From the NCBI GenBank assembly GCA_965261345.1, contig OZ253449.1, positions 2,240,001 to 2,304,000 of the forward strand: a stretch of DNA of 64,000 nucleotides, read 5' to 3'. The notes below the pieces were generated by a model. The model was given only the letters and a program-made list of their open reading frames with translations, did not search any database and was not told where the DNA came from. The stretch comes from Chloroflexota bacterium (GTDB taxonomy: Bacteria > Chloroflexota > UBA11872 > VXNJ01). Positions within the stretch are counted from its first letter, which is position 1, and each line of letters opens with the position of its first letter. Made by a program: the position numbers and the translations under genes. This document shows positions 7,363 to 17,234 of this stretch, in pieces.

Positions 7363-10065
7363 CTGAAGCTGCCTGACCCGATACCCGCCGCGGGGATACC
7401 GCCGGCCTTACTGAGCCCCTACGATCCGGGCGCGGTAGAACCCGAAATCTACGCCGCCTGGGAGGCGTCGGGGGCGTTCACCGCGCCGGTTGTGAACGAT
7501 CGCCGGCCGTTTACGATTGCCATGCCGCCGCCGAACCTGACCGGCGCCCTCCACTACGGGCACGTGGCGTTTGTGACGTTCCAGGACTTAATGACCCGTT
7601 GGCAGCGCATGCGCGGCACTCCGACGCTCTGGTTGCCGGGTACCGATCACGCCGCGATCGCCACCAACGCGGTGCTGGTTGCCCAACTTGCCAAAGAGGG
7701 CAAATCGCGCGAGGAGATCGGCCGGCCTGCGTTTGAGGCCATGTTCTGGGAATGGATGGCCACGAGCGGGGCGCGGATTCGCTCGCAGCTGCGCCTGGCG
7801 GGAGCCTCGTGCGACTGGTCGCGCGAACGATTTACGATGGACGCCGGGCTCAGTCGGGCGGTCAACGCTGCTTTCGTCGAGCTCTACGAGCGCGGTCTCA
7901 TCTACCGTGGAAACTACCTGGTCAATTGGGATCCGGTCGACCAGACGGCGATCTCCGATATCGAGGTCGAATACCGGGACGTCGAATCATTCCTCTGGAC
8001 GGTTCGCTACCCACTGGTTGATGGCGGCCACATTGAAGTTGCCACAACGCGGCCCGAGACCATCCTGGGCGATACCGCAATCGCGGTCAATCCCGACGAT
8101 GAGCGCTATGCCCACCTGGTTGGAAGGTTGGCCCGGGTGCCGGTGATCGACCGGCAGATTCCGATTGTTGCCGATTCCTACGTGGACAGGGATTTTGGCT
8201 CCGGTGCGGTCAAGGTCACGCCCGCTCACGATCCCAACGACTATGCGATCGGGCAGCGCCACGACCTGACGATGATCAACATCCTCAATCGCGACGGGAC
8301 GCTCAACGGTAACGCCGGCCCGTTCGTCGGGCAGGATCGTTTGGAAGCGCGCGAAAACCTGGTTGAGTGGCTGCGCGCCAACGACCTGGTCGCCAGCTGC
8401 CGCCCGCACAGCCACGCGGTGGGTCACGGTCAGCGCTCGGGGGCGGTGATCGAACCGATGCTCTCGCGGCAATGGTTCGTTAGCACCAGCTCGATGGCCG
8501 CCAAGGCCGCCGCCGCGGTGCGCTCGGGCGCTATCTCGTTTCACCCCGAACGCTTTGCTCAGGTCTTCCTGCACTGGATGGACAACATCCGCGACTGGTG
8601 CATCTCGCGCCAGATCTGGGTCGGCCATCGGGTCCCGGTCTGGTACTGCTCGCAATGCCCCGACCCGATCGTGCGGACCAGCCCGCCGGAAAACTGTCCG
8701 AGCTGCGGGGGCAGCGTTACCCAGGACGGCGACGTCCTTGATACCTGGTTTAGCTCGGGCCTGTGGACGTTTTCCACCCTGGGTTGGCCAGACCGGACCG
8801 AGGACCTGTCGTACTTCCACCCGACCACGGTGATGGAGACCGGCTACGACATCATATTTTTCTGGGTGGCGCGGATGGCCATGCTGAGCCTCGAGTTGCT
8901 CGACCAGATCCCTTTTGAGCACGTCTATCTCAATGGCCTGCTGCGCCGCGCCGACGGATCCAAGGTTTCTAAGTCCAATCCCCAGCCGGGCGATGATCCG
9001 GCCGATGTAATTGAGCAATTCGGAGCCGACGCGGTGCGATTTTTCATCGCCACCGGGTCGGCTCCCGGCAACGATATGAAGCTCTCGCTGGAGCGGCTAA
9101 CCGGCGCTCGCAACTTTGCCAACAAGCTCTGGAACGCGACCCGCTTCGTCCTTGCCGCGCAGCGGTCTGCGGCCGGTCAGCTGGCCCCACCGTCGGCCTT
9201 TGACCAATGGATCCTGCACCGTGCCGCGGCAACCGTGGAGCGGGTTTCCACCCTGCTATCGCGTTTTCAGTTCGGTGAGGCCGGACAGCTAGTCCACGAC
9301 CTGCTATGGGACGACTTTTGTGACTGGTATATCGAGGCCGCCAAGCTGCGACTGGCCGGGTCCGACGGACCGGCTGCGGCCCGGGCCGCCCACACTCTCA
9401 AAACCGTCCTGATCACCGGGTTAAAACTTCTCCACCCCTACATGCCGTTCGTGACCGAAGCGCTCTGGGGGCACCTTCACCCCGACGGCGGTGCGGGTGC
9501 GCTGATAACCGCGCGCTGGCCCGAATCCGAGCCCGAGGATCTGCAACGATCCGCGGTGGCCAAGAACGTGGACGCCCTGCAGGCGGCGATTAAGGCAATC
9601 CGGCGAAAGCGTGCGGATTTCCGGATCGATCCTGGGACGCAGATTAGCGCTGAGATCGTGCCTGGCGCCGCCGAAGTCCAGGCGCGGGCCGAGGCGCCGG
9701 TGATCGAGCGCCTGGCGGGAATCTCCGATCTACGGATCAGTGCCGCCCAACCGGCCGCGACCGAACCGTCGGCCGGATCGATAATGCGCCGGCACGATCG
9801 CCGCTGCGCCTTCATCGTCGCGGCCGGAATCGCCGTCTATTTGCCGTTGGAAGAGTTGCTCGACTTTGCGGCCGAACGCGAACGGGCCCGTTCGCAGGCA
9901 GATGTCTTAGAGGCCAGCGTCAAGCGTCTGGCCGGGTTGCTGGCCAACCCCGGGTTTGTGGGCAAGGCGCCAGCCGATGTGGTCGAGCAACGCCGCCGGC
10001 AGCTCTCCGAAGCGCGCGCCGACCTGGCCCAACTCAACCAATTCATCGCCGAATTAGAAGCCTGA
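7363..10065 (+). CDS. valS: Valine--tRNA ligase (start uncertain, upstream of 7492)
   Basis: PPPNLTGALHYGH (HIGH), DWCISRQIWVGHR, DTWFSS, KVSKS (KMSKS), C-terminal coiled coil. The conserved YDP..VE..IY..WE helix is in frame upstream of 7492. Confidence 0.95.
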   Translation: MKLPDPIPAAGIPPALLSPYDPGAVEPEIYAAWEASGAFTAPVVNDRRPFTIAMPPPNLTGALHYGHVAFVTFQDLMTRWQRMRGTPTLWLPGTDHAAIATNAVLVAQLAKEGKSREEIGRPAFEAMFWEWMATSGARIRSQLRLAGASCDWSRERFTMDAGLSRAVNAAFVELYERGLIYRGNYLVNWDPVDQTAISDIEVEYRDVESFLWTVRYPLVDGGHIEVATTRPETILGDTAIAVNPDDERYAHLVGRLARVPVIDRQIPIVADSYVDRDFGSGAVKVTPAHDPNDYAIGQRHDLTMINILNRDGTLNGNAGPFVGQDRLEARENLVEWLRANDLVASCRPHSHAVGHGQRSGAVIEPMLSRQWFVSTSSMAAKAAAAVRSGAISFHPERFAQVFLHWMDNIRDWCISRQIWVGHRVPVWYCSQCPDPIVRTSPPENCPSCGGSVTQDGDVLDTWFSSGLWTFSTLGWPDRTEDLSYFHPTTVMETGYDIIFFWVARMAMLSLELLDQIPFEHVYLNGLLRRADGSKVSKSNPQPGDDPADVIEQFGADAVRFFIATGSAPGNDMKLSLERLTGARNFANKLWNATRFVLAAQRSAAGQLAPPSAFDQWILHRAAATVERVSTLLSRFQFGEAGQLVHDLLWDDFCDWYIEAAKLRLAGSDGPAAARAAHTLKTVLITGLKLLHPYMPFVTEALWGHLHPDGGAGALITARWPESEPEDLQRSAVAKNVDALQAAIKAIRRKRADFRIDPGTQISAEIVPGAAEVQARAEAPVIERLAGISDLRISAAQPAATEPSAGSIMRRHDRRCAFIVAAGIAVYLPLEELLDFAAERERARSQADVLEASVKRLAGLLANPGFVGKAPADVVEQRRRQLSEARADLAQLNQFIAELEA

Positions 10066-10067
10066 GC

Positions 10068-11675
10068 ATGTCGATGGCCGAACCGGCGGCGATCCCCGCA
10101 TTCCAGATCTCTCTCTTCGAACGCCTGTTCGCCTCGATCGCCCAGGAGATGGGAATTACCCTGCAACGCTCCTCGTTCTCGCCCAACATCAAGGAGCGGC
10201 GCGATTTTTCATGCGCGGTATTTGATCGCCAGGGCCGGATCATTTCGCAGGCTGAACACATTCCGGTCCACCTGGGAGCGATGCCGATGTCGGTCGCCGC
10301 GGCAATGGAGCTCTTTGAGCGCGATCGCGCCGTCCCCGGCGACTTGGTGATCCTCAACGACCCCTATCGCGGCGGCACCCATCTGCCCGACATTACGACC
10401 GTCTCGCCGATCTACGTCCCGACCGAGACCGGCCCGGAGATGTTCGGCTATGCGGCCACCCGCGCCCACCACGCCGATGTCGGGGGAATGAGCCCGGGGT
10501 CGATGGCGATCGCGCGGGAGATCTACCAGGAAGGGCTAATCATCCCGCCGGTCAAGCTGGTGCGTTCAGGAATCGTCGACCCGGGGATGATGGACCTAAT
10601 CACGCGCAACGTACGCACCCCCGACGAGCGTCGCGGCGACCTGACCGCGCAGTTGGCGGCGCACCGGGTGGCCGATCGCCGCACCGCCGATATCGCCGAC
10701 CGCTATGGGCTCGCGCGGCTGCTGGCAATCTCGGGCGAGCTGATCGCTTACTCTAATCGCTTAGCACGCGCCCGCATCGCGAAGCTGCCACACGGCAGCT
10801 TCGCATTTACCGATTGCCTCGATGACGACGGGGTCAGCGAGCAGCCGATCCCGATATCAGTCCGGGTAACCATCGGTCCGGACGGGCTCGAATTTGATTT
10901 TGCCGGCACCAGCGGTCCGGTTGTTGGGTCGCTGAACGCTCCGGCCTCGGTGGCCCGCTCGGCGGTTTACTACGTGTTGCGTTGCATTGTCGGGATGGAT
11001 GTGCCGGCCAATGACGGGCTCTACAGCGCGGTTTCAATAAACGTGCCCGAGGCCAGTCTGCTGGACCCGCAGATCCCGCGTCCGGTGGCCGGCGGCAACG
11101 TCGAAACCTCGCAGCGGGTAGTCGACGTCCTCTGGGGAGCGCTGGCGCAGGCCCTGCCCGATCTGGTTCCGGCGGCCGGCCAGGGAACCATGAACAACGT
11201 GACCCTGGGCGGGTACGACCACCAGCGCGGTCGGCCATTTGCCTATTACGAAACGATGGGCGGTGGTGGTGGTGGCGGTCCGCGGCGAGCCGGCGCATCG
11301 GGAATTCACGTGGCCATGAGCAATACCTGGAACAGCCCGGTCGAAGCGCTCGAACACGCCCTGCCGGTCCAGGTCGAGTGCTACGCGCTGCGTCCCGGCT
11401 CGGGTGGAAAGGGTGCCCACCCGGGTGGGATGGGCCTCCGACGCGACATAAAGGTGCTCACCGAGACCGTTGTCACCCTGCTCGGCGAGCGCCGCCGCAA
11501 CCGCCCCTGGGGACTGGCCGGCGGCGGCCCGGGCGAACTTGGTTCGGATTACCTGCGCCGTGACGGGAAATGGGAGCCGGTCCCGGCCAAGGCCAGCATC
11601 ACCCTGCAGGCGGGCGAGGTGATCTCGCTGCGCTCACCGGGCGGGGGCGGATGGGGCAGTCCGGCGGGGTCATAG
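10068..11675 (+). CDS. Hydantoinase B/oxoprolinase family protein
   Basis: [46 protein letters not shown]. Confidence 0.92.
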   Translation: MSMAEPAAIPAFQISLFERLFASIAQEMGITLQRSSFSPNIKERRDFSCAVFDRQGRIISQAEHIPVHLGAMPMSVAAAMELFERDRAVPGDLVILNDPYRGGTHLPDITTVSPIYVPTETGPEMFGYAATRAHHADVGGMSPGSMAIAREIYQEGLIIPPVKLVRSGIVDPGMMDLITRNVRTPDERRGDLTAQLAAHRVADRRTADIADRYGLARLLAISGELIAYSNRLARARIAKLPHGSFAFTDCLDDDGVSEQPIPISVRVTIGPDGLEFDFAGTSGPVVGSLNAPASVARSAVYYVLRCIVGMDVPANDGLYSAVSINVPEASLLDPQIPRPVAGGNVETSQRVVDVLWGALAQALPDLVPAAGQGTMNNVTLGGYDHQRGRPFAYYETMGGGGGGGPRRAGASGIHVAMSNTWNSPVEALEHALPVQVECYALRPGSGGKGAHPGGMGLRRDIKVLTETVVTLLGERRRNRPWGLAGGGPGELGSDYLRRDGKWEPVPAKASITLQAGEVISLRSPGGGGWGSPAGS

Positions 11676-11720
11676 GATCGATGTCCGGGTCTGCCCGCGC
11701 AGCGGTTATTTAGTTATCGG

Positions 11721-12464
11721 GTGCGGGCATTGACCACTCCATCTGCTAGCGACCATTCCGATTGCCTGATCGCCCGGCTGCGGGCCGCCGCCAGCGCCAG
11801 CGGTGACTTGGTGGTCATCGGGAGCGCTGCTACCGGACCCGAAATTGCCCAGGAACTGACCCGGCCGCTGGCGGCCCGCCTGGCCGGCGACGTGCGATCC
11901 GCCCGCCTGGAGATCGAGTTTGCGGGTCCGGCCGTCGGCTTGCCGATCGCGCGGTTCGGGGCCGACGAGATACGTCAGTTGATTAGGTTTGATGCGGTGC
12001 CCCGATTTGGTCCAAGCTCGCCCGATACCCGCTGCCGGCCGGTGGGCGAATTGACAGTCGATCGTTTCGCCGATTTTTTCGAGGCCGTATTTGAACCCGC
12101 TCAACTCGGGCTCGGCAGTTGCGCCGAGATCGCCGAGTTGGCCCGGAAGCTGCATGCAGGTCGCCCGATCGAGGGCCGGACCGATTACCGCGGGGCTGTA
12201 ATCGAAGTCGGCGGCCGCGCGGCCGGACTGCTGTTTCTGGCCGGATTCGGCGCAACCCGGCGGATCGGTTTTATGGGAGTTGAGCCAGGGCTGCGCAAGA
12301 ACCCGGGGATGCGCGCGGTGCTGGCGGCCGGGACCAACTGGATTAGCGACCAGGGAGTGGTGGCGCTTCTGGCCGAAGTGGCCTTGGGCAACCCGGTTTC
12401 GCTCCGGTTTGTAAAGCGGCTCGGCGGCCGCGCGGCCGGATCGCGGATCATTTACCGCTTCTAG
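11721..12464 (+). CDS. GNAT-like acetyltransferase domain protein
   Basis: C-terminal IGFMGVEPGLRK and N.VSLRFVKRLG resemble GNAT motifs A and B; divergent. Confidence 0.5.
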   Translation: MRALTTPSASDHSDCLIARLRAAASASGDLVVIGSAATGPEIAQELTRPLAARLAGDVRSARLEIEFAGPAVGLPIARFGADEIRQLIRFDAVPRFGPSSPDTRCRPVGELTVDRFADFFEAVFEPAQLGLGSCAEIAELARKLHAGRPIEGRTDYRGAVIEVGGRAAGLLFLAGFGATRRIGFMGVEPGLRKNPGMRAVLAAGTNWISDQGVVALLAEVALGNPVSLRFVKRLGGRAAGSRIIYRF

Positions 12465-12466
12465 CC

Positions 12467-13036
12467 TCAGCCGTCCCCGAGCCGAGCGCTTGCCAGCACG
12501 CGGTAGATCGGCCCCGACGAAAGCAGCCGACTCGACATCAGGTCGATCCGCCGGGCAATCATGCCAAGCTCGAGGTCAGCCAAAGCCGCCGCCGCGACCA
12601 GACCGAGTTCTTTGCGCTCGGCCCGCCCCAGCGAACGCCGGACCCGGGCGATTGTCAGATGCGGCCGGAAGCTAGATTGCGCCAGCGGCAGTCCGACGTC
12701 CGCCAGCCGGGACAGCAGGCGCGCGCGGAGCTGGCAAAGCTGCTTGATGTGTCCGGAAACCGCCAGCGTGATCACCCGGCCCGAAAAGACTGGATTGGCG
12801 ATCGCTGGGCGGAAACGCAGCTCCAGTGGAGCCGACCCGGCCGCCGATGCGTTGAGGGCAGCGCCAATAAATTCCTGCTGGGCCGGTTCGATATCGCCCA
12901 GGAACGCCAATGTCAGGTGGAGATTGCCGGGGGGAACCAGCCGCAGCTGGTGGTGATGAGGTTGCAGCGACGCAGTCGCCGTGCCAATCGCCCGGGCACT
13001 GCATGCGGGCAGCCCGATTGCCACGAACGCCCTCAT
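12467..13036 (-). CDS. thpR: RNA 2',3'-cyclic phosphodiesterase (2H family)
   Basis: MRAFVAI start, two HxT motifs (NLHLTLAFLG, FRPHLTIAR), S.L.SSGPIY. Confidence 0.93.
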   Translation of the reverse strand: MRAFVAIGLPACSARAIGTATASLQPHHHQLRLVPPGNLHLTLAFLGDIEPAQQEFIGAALNASAAGSAPLELRFRPAIANPVFSGRVITLAVSGHIKQLCQLRARLLSRLADVGLPLAQSSFRPHLTIARVRRSLGRAERKELGLVAAAALADLELGMIARRIDLMSSRLLSSGPIYRVLASARLGDG

Positions 13037-14247
13037 CGGCCGGCCGCTGCGCTCGGCAGTAGCGCCGCTCCCAGGCCGTCGGCCACGTACATACCGTAGT
13101 CGGTCGGGGCGATTTGGGCGCCGCTAACGTTCAACAGCCCGGCATTGGCCAACTCGGCGATGCGTTCACCGTGCTCGGCAAACAGGTCGTAGTCAAATTG
13201 GCGGGCGAGCTGATCGGCGTCCAGCCCGACGGCGGTGCGCAGCGGCAGGGTGAGTGCCTCCAGCAGCAGGTCGGCGGGGGCGAGGGTTTCCGACCCGGCC
13301 ACGATCGAATGACCAGATTCGAGCAGCGTTCGGTAACGGCGCGGATCTTTGACTAAGTGGTAACGACGCTTACCGATGAATCCGTGGCCGCCGCAACCCA
13401 GTGGCAGGTAGCGGTGACCGGCCCAGACGTTGGAGTTGTGGCGGCAGGCGAAACCTGGGCGGGCCCAGTTCGAGGTCTCGTAGTGGGTAAAACCGGCCTG
13501 CCCCAGCACCGCCAGCGCCAGCTGGTAGAACTCCGACATCTCGTCCCCCTTGACCAGGGTCCCCAGCCTTTGGGCTCGCCGTCGGGCACGCGGTGAATCC
13601 AGGGTCAGGGCGTAACAGGAGATGTGGTTGACCGGAAGGTCGGCGGCCCGTTCAAGATCGCCCCGCCAGGCCGCCAGGTTCTGCCCCGGAGTGCCGTATA
13701 TCAGATCGAGCGAGACCGATTCAAATCCGCCGTTACCGGCCAGTTCGCAGGCCAATTGGGCCTGCTTTGCGCTGTGGCCGCGGTCGAGCTGACCCAATCT
13801 CCGGTCGGCGAAGGACTGGACCCCCAAGCTGATACGATTGGCGCCGGCGGCAGCCAGGCCCGCAAGCAGCCCTGCGGTAATGTCCTGGGGATTGGTCTCG
13901 ACCGAAATCTCGGCTGTTGGCTGGCACGCAAAGCTGGCCGCTACGGCCGCCAGCAGATCGGCCAGCCCGGTCGCACCGGCCAGGCTCGGGGTGCCGCCGC
14001 CAACGTAGATGGTCGAGATCTGAGGGGCCGGGTCGGCATATTCGCCCACCTGGACAATTTCGCTCGCCAGCGCCGCCAGGTAGGCTTCGCGATCGACGGG
14101 AGAACCAACGGCCACGTTGAAATCGCAATACCAGCAGTGGTGGTGGCAGTAAGGAAAGTGGAGGTAGAGTCCGATCGGACCGGCGCTGGCGGGTTCGGCC
14201 CGATTGGCAAAAACATGCGGGTTGCCCGGTGGCGCAGCTTGGTTCAA
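13033..14247 (-). CDS. hemW: Radical SAM heme chaperone HemW (HemN-like)
   Basis: LYLHFPYCHHHCWYCDF, YVGGGTPS, NRISLGVQSF, HYETSNW, HN..W. Confidence 0.9.
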   Translation of the reverse strand: MNQAAPPGNPHVFANRAEPASAGPIGLYLHFPYCHHHCWYCDFNVAVGSPVDREAYLAALASEIVQVGEYADPAPQISTIYVGGGTPSLAGATGLADLLAAVAASFACQPTAEISVETNPQDITAGLLAGLAAAGANRISLGVQSFADRRLGQLDRGHSAKQAQLACELAGNGGFESVSLDLIYGTPGQNLAAWRGDLERAADLPVNHISCYALTLDSPRARRRAQRLGTLVKGDEMSEFYQLALAVLGQAGFTHYETSNWARPGFACRHNSNVWAGHRYLPLGCGGHGFIGKRRYHLVKDPRRYRTLLESGHSIVAGSETLAPADLLLEALTLPLRTAVGLDADQLARQFDYDLFAEHGERIAELANAGLLNVSGAQIAPTDYGMYVADGLGAALLPSAAAGR

Positions 14248-14339
14248 GCACCGCCCCGATCAACGTTTAAAACCCGTGGATTTGATAATTGCCGGTCGGC
14301 CCCAGCGGCCCGCAATTTCTCAGACCGCGCCAGCTTGCC

Positions 14340-15173
14340 CTGATCATCGATTCCCATACCCACATTTTTCCACCGCGGCAGATTGCCGGACGGGCGGCGA
14401 TCGCGCGGCGCGAGCCCTGGTTCGGAGTGCTCTATGGGTCCGGCGGCCGGATGGCGACCGCCGAGCGGCTTCTGGAAGAGATGGATCGTTCCGGGATCGA
14501 GCGTTCACTGGCCTTTGGTTTTGGTTGGCGCGACCCCCATCTCTGCCGCGAGCAAAACGAATACTTGGTCGAATCGGCCGAGCGCTCGGCCGGCCGAATA
14601 AGGGTGGCAATCACCGTTCCGATGGGTGAAGCAGCGGCGGCCGAAGCCGAACTGGACCACTTTGCGAATGCCCCGATCGCCGGGGTTGGCGAGCTCTACG
14701 CCGGCGCCCAGGGGTTCGACCTCGGGACGCTGGCGCAGGATTCTTGCCTACCCCAGATCTGCCGCCAGAACGACCTGATCCTGTGTGTACACGTTTCCGA
14801 GCCGGCCGGCCACAACTACCCGGGCAAGGACTTGACCGGGCCGCGCAGCATCGGAAAATTTATCGCCGGCATGCCGCCCGGCCTGCGCCTGCAACTACCG
14901 CACTGGGGGGCCGGCTTTGGAATCTACGAGTCCATGCCCGAGGTGGCGGCGGCGACCGCCTCAGTGCGCTATGACTGTGCCGCTTCGCACCTTCTCTACG
15001 ACCGCCGCATCTATCACCTGATGTCCCAGATCGCCCCGCAGCGGATCATGTTCGGATCGGATTTCCCCTTAACCGGCCAAGCGCGGATGCTGGCCCGCGT
15101 AAAAAAGATCGGGCTGCCCGCGGACTTATTAACGGCGTTCCTAGGTGGCAACGCCGCCGCCTGGGGGATCTAG
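14340..15173 (+). CDS. Amidohydrolase family protein (amidohydro_2)
   Basis: IIDSHTHIFP, GVGEL, HVSEPAGH.YPGK, HWGAG, FGSDFP. Start either CTG 14340 or TTG 14289. Confidence 0.85.
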   Translation: MIIDSHTHIFPPRQIAGRAAIARREPWFGVLYGSGGRMATAERLLEEMDRSGIERSLAFGFGWRDPHLCREQNEYLVESAERSAGRIRVAITVPMGEAAAAEAELDHFANAPIAGVGELYAGAQGFDLGTLAQDSCLPQICRQNDLILCVHVSEPAGHNYPGKDLTGPRSIGKFIAGMPPGLRLQLPHWGAGFGIYESMPEVAAATASVRYDCAASHLLYDRRIYHLMSQIAPQRIMFGSDFPLTGQARMLARVKKIGLPADLLTAFLGGNAAAWGI

Positions 15174-15186
15174 AGGACGATTGCAA

Positions 15187-15780
15187 TTGCCTGACCGAAC
15201 GATGTTGTTGGGAACTTCGAATTCCGGCAAGGTGGACGAGCTGCGAGCGCTGCTGCAAGGCTGCGGCTGGAGGGCAGTATCTCCGGCGGATTTGGTAATC
15301 GAGTTGTCGGTTGTCGAATCCGGCGCCACCTACTCTGAAAACTCGGCCCTGAAGGCGATTGCCTACTCGCGGGCCTGTGATCTGCCGGTGCTTTCTGATG
15401 ATTCAGGCCTCGAAGTTGACGCCCTTAACGGGGCCCCGGGAATCGCCTCGGCCCGCATGGCCGGCGGGAGCGACCGGGGCCGCACCGATCATCTGCTGGC
15501 CCTACTTAAGGGGGTGCCTTCGCAGCGGCGCGGCGCCCGGTTCGTCTGCATGGCAACGATCGCCCGTCAGGGCGTTGTGCTGGCCGTCGGCTGCGGGCAG
15601 CTCCGCGGCCGGATCGCTCCTGCCGCCGCCGGCGGTGGAGGTTTCGGCTACGATCCAGTGTTCCTGCCCGACGGTTGCGCTATCACTCTGAGCGAGCTCG
15701 GGAAAGATTACAAGAACGAGATCTCACATCGTCGCCAGGCGGTCGTCGAAGTGCTGAAAATCCTTGCCGACAAGACCTAG
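15187..15780 (+). CDS. rdgB: Non-canonical purine NTP pyrophosphatase (RdgB/HAM1)
   Basis: TSNSGK, E.GATYSENS..KA, SDDSGLEVDALNGAPG, GFGYDPVF, KNEISHR. Confidence 0.93.
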   Translation: MPDRTMLLGTSNSGKVDELRALLQGCGWRAVSPADLVIELSVVESGATYSENSALKAIAYSRACDLPVLSDDSGLEVDALNGAPGIASARMAGGSDRGRTDHLLALLKGVPSQRRGARFVCMATIARQGVVLAVGCGQLRGRIAPAAAGGGGFGYDPVFLPDGCAITLSELGKDYKNEISHRRQAVVEVLKILADKT

Positions 15781-16630
15781 GCGTCCGGATTCGGGTCGCC
15801 GCCGGGCCGGGGCTCCGCGCGGATTTCGACCGCGCCGCGCGCGCGGCCAGAATCTGCTAATCGACCAGGAGATAGTGGAACGCATCGTGACCGTCGCGGG
15901 GATCGATGCTACCAGCAACGTGCTTGAAATCGGCGCCGGGTCGGGTGTGCTCACGCGCGCCCTGGCCGCCCGCGCCGGGCAGGTCTTGGCAATCGAGGTG
16001 GAGGCCGAGTTGACGATCCAACTGCGCCAGGAACTGAAAGGCTACGACAACCTGAAAGTAATCCGCGGCGACGCCCGTACGATCGACCTGGCCACCTTCT
16101 TTCCCGGCTGCAAGTACAAACTGGTCGCCAATCTCCCTTACTCAGTGGGCACACCAATGCTGGTGGACGCAATCCGCGCCGACCACCGGCCCGACCAGAT
16201 AACGGTCATGCTGCAGCGCGAGGTGGCTGAGCGGATCTGCGCCCTCCCCGGGGACTGGTCGACTCTGACGGTTATGACCCGACCCTTCGGTGATCCCCAT
16301 ATCGCCTTCGGCGTCCCGCCGTCGGCCTTCTGGCCCAAGCCCAAGGTCGCCTCGGCGGTAGTGAGCATTACCACCAACGACCGCGATCGCTCCGATCCGG
16401 CGACCGCGATCGCAATATTCCTGGCCCGCCACGCCTTTGCCCAGCGCCGCAAGAAGCTGGCAAATTCACTGGCCGCCGGGCTGCACCTGGAGCGGCCGCC
16501 GATCCTGGAGCTGCTCACTGCCGCCGGCCTTGATCCAAACGATCGTCCGGCCAACCTGGACATGGACCAGTGGTTTCGTTTGGCGGAAACGTTCCGAGCC
16601 CAAGAAAGCCTGCCGCATGGGCTGGCTTGA
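15764..16630 (+). CDS. rsmA: 16S rRNA adenine dimethyltransferase
   Basis: GQNLLID, VLEIGAGSG, VANLPY, QREVAER, FWPKPKV.S, FAQRRKKL. Confidence 0.94.
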   Translation: MPTRPRRPDSGRRRAGAPRGFRPRRARGQNLLIDQEIVERIVTVAGIDATSNVLEIGAGSGVLTRALAARAGQVLAIEVEAELTIQLRQELKGYDNLKVIRGDARTIDLATFFPGCKYKLVANLPYSVGTPMLVDAIRADHRPDQITVMLQREVAERICALPGDWSTLTVMTRPFGDPHIAFGVPPSAFWPKPKVASAVVSITTNDRDRSDPATAIAIFLARHAFAQRRKKLANSLAAGLHLERPPILELLTAAGLDPNDRPANLDMDQWFRLAETFRAQESLPHGLA

Positions 16631-17234
16631 CCGTTTTCGATCGGGTGAGCGACCGGTCCGACTGGTGGCCTTTCTGGGCAATCCCGGCGCCAAGCATGCC
16701 AGGTCGCGCCACAATGTTGGCTGGCGGGTGGGCCGGGCGGCGCTAGCCTCCCGACCCGGCGCCAAAACCCGGCGGCGCTACCAATCCGAATTTGCAATCT
16801 GCCAGTTGGGGTCGTACCCGTCCGCCCTGCTCTTTCCGCATACATATATGAATGAATCGGGCCGGGCGGTCCGAGCGGCGCTGAAGGGATTGCGGCTCGA
16901 GCCGCAACAGCTGGTCGTGGTGCACGACGATCTCGACCTTGGATTTGCCACCCTGCGCATTCGTTGCGGTGGGTCGGCCGGTGGCAACCGCGGGGTTGAA
17001 TCGATCATCGGGGCGGTCGGCGACCACGAATTTATGCGAATCAAGCTGGGAATCGGCCGCCCGCCACCGGGTCAGGATCCGGCCAAATACGTGCTGGGAA
17101 ACTTCGGCCGCGGCCAGGAACCGGCGGCGGCAAGGATGATTGAGGCCGCAACCCGGGCGCTAGAGCAGGTTGGCGAGCTGCCCCCGGACCAACTTATGAA
17201 CGAATTCAACCGCGACTGGGGCCGGATGCCATGA
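16617..17234 (+). CDS. pth: Peptidyl-tRNA hydrolase
   Basis: LGNPG....RHNVG, TYMNESG, VHDDLDL, GSAGGNRG, LGIGRP; ATG 16617 overlaps the rsmA end. Confidence 0.93.
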   Translation: MGWLDRFRSGERPVRLVAFLGNPGAKHARSRHNVGWRVGRAALASRPGAKTRRRYQSEFAICQLGSYPSALLFPHTYMNESGRAVRAALKGLRLEPQQLVVVHDDLDLGFATLRIRCGGSAGGNRGVESIIGAVGDHEFMRIKLGIGRPPPGQDPAKYVLGNFGRGQEPAAARMIEAATRALEQVGELPPDQLMNEFNRDWGRMP

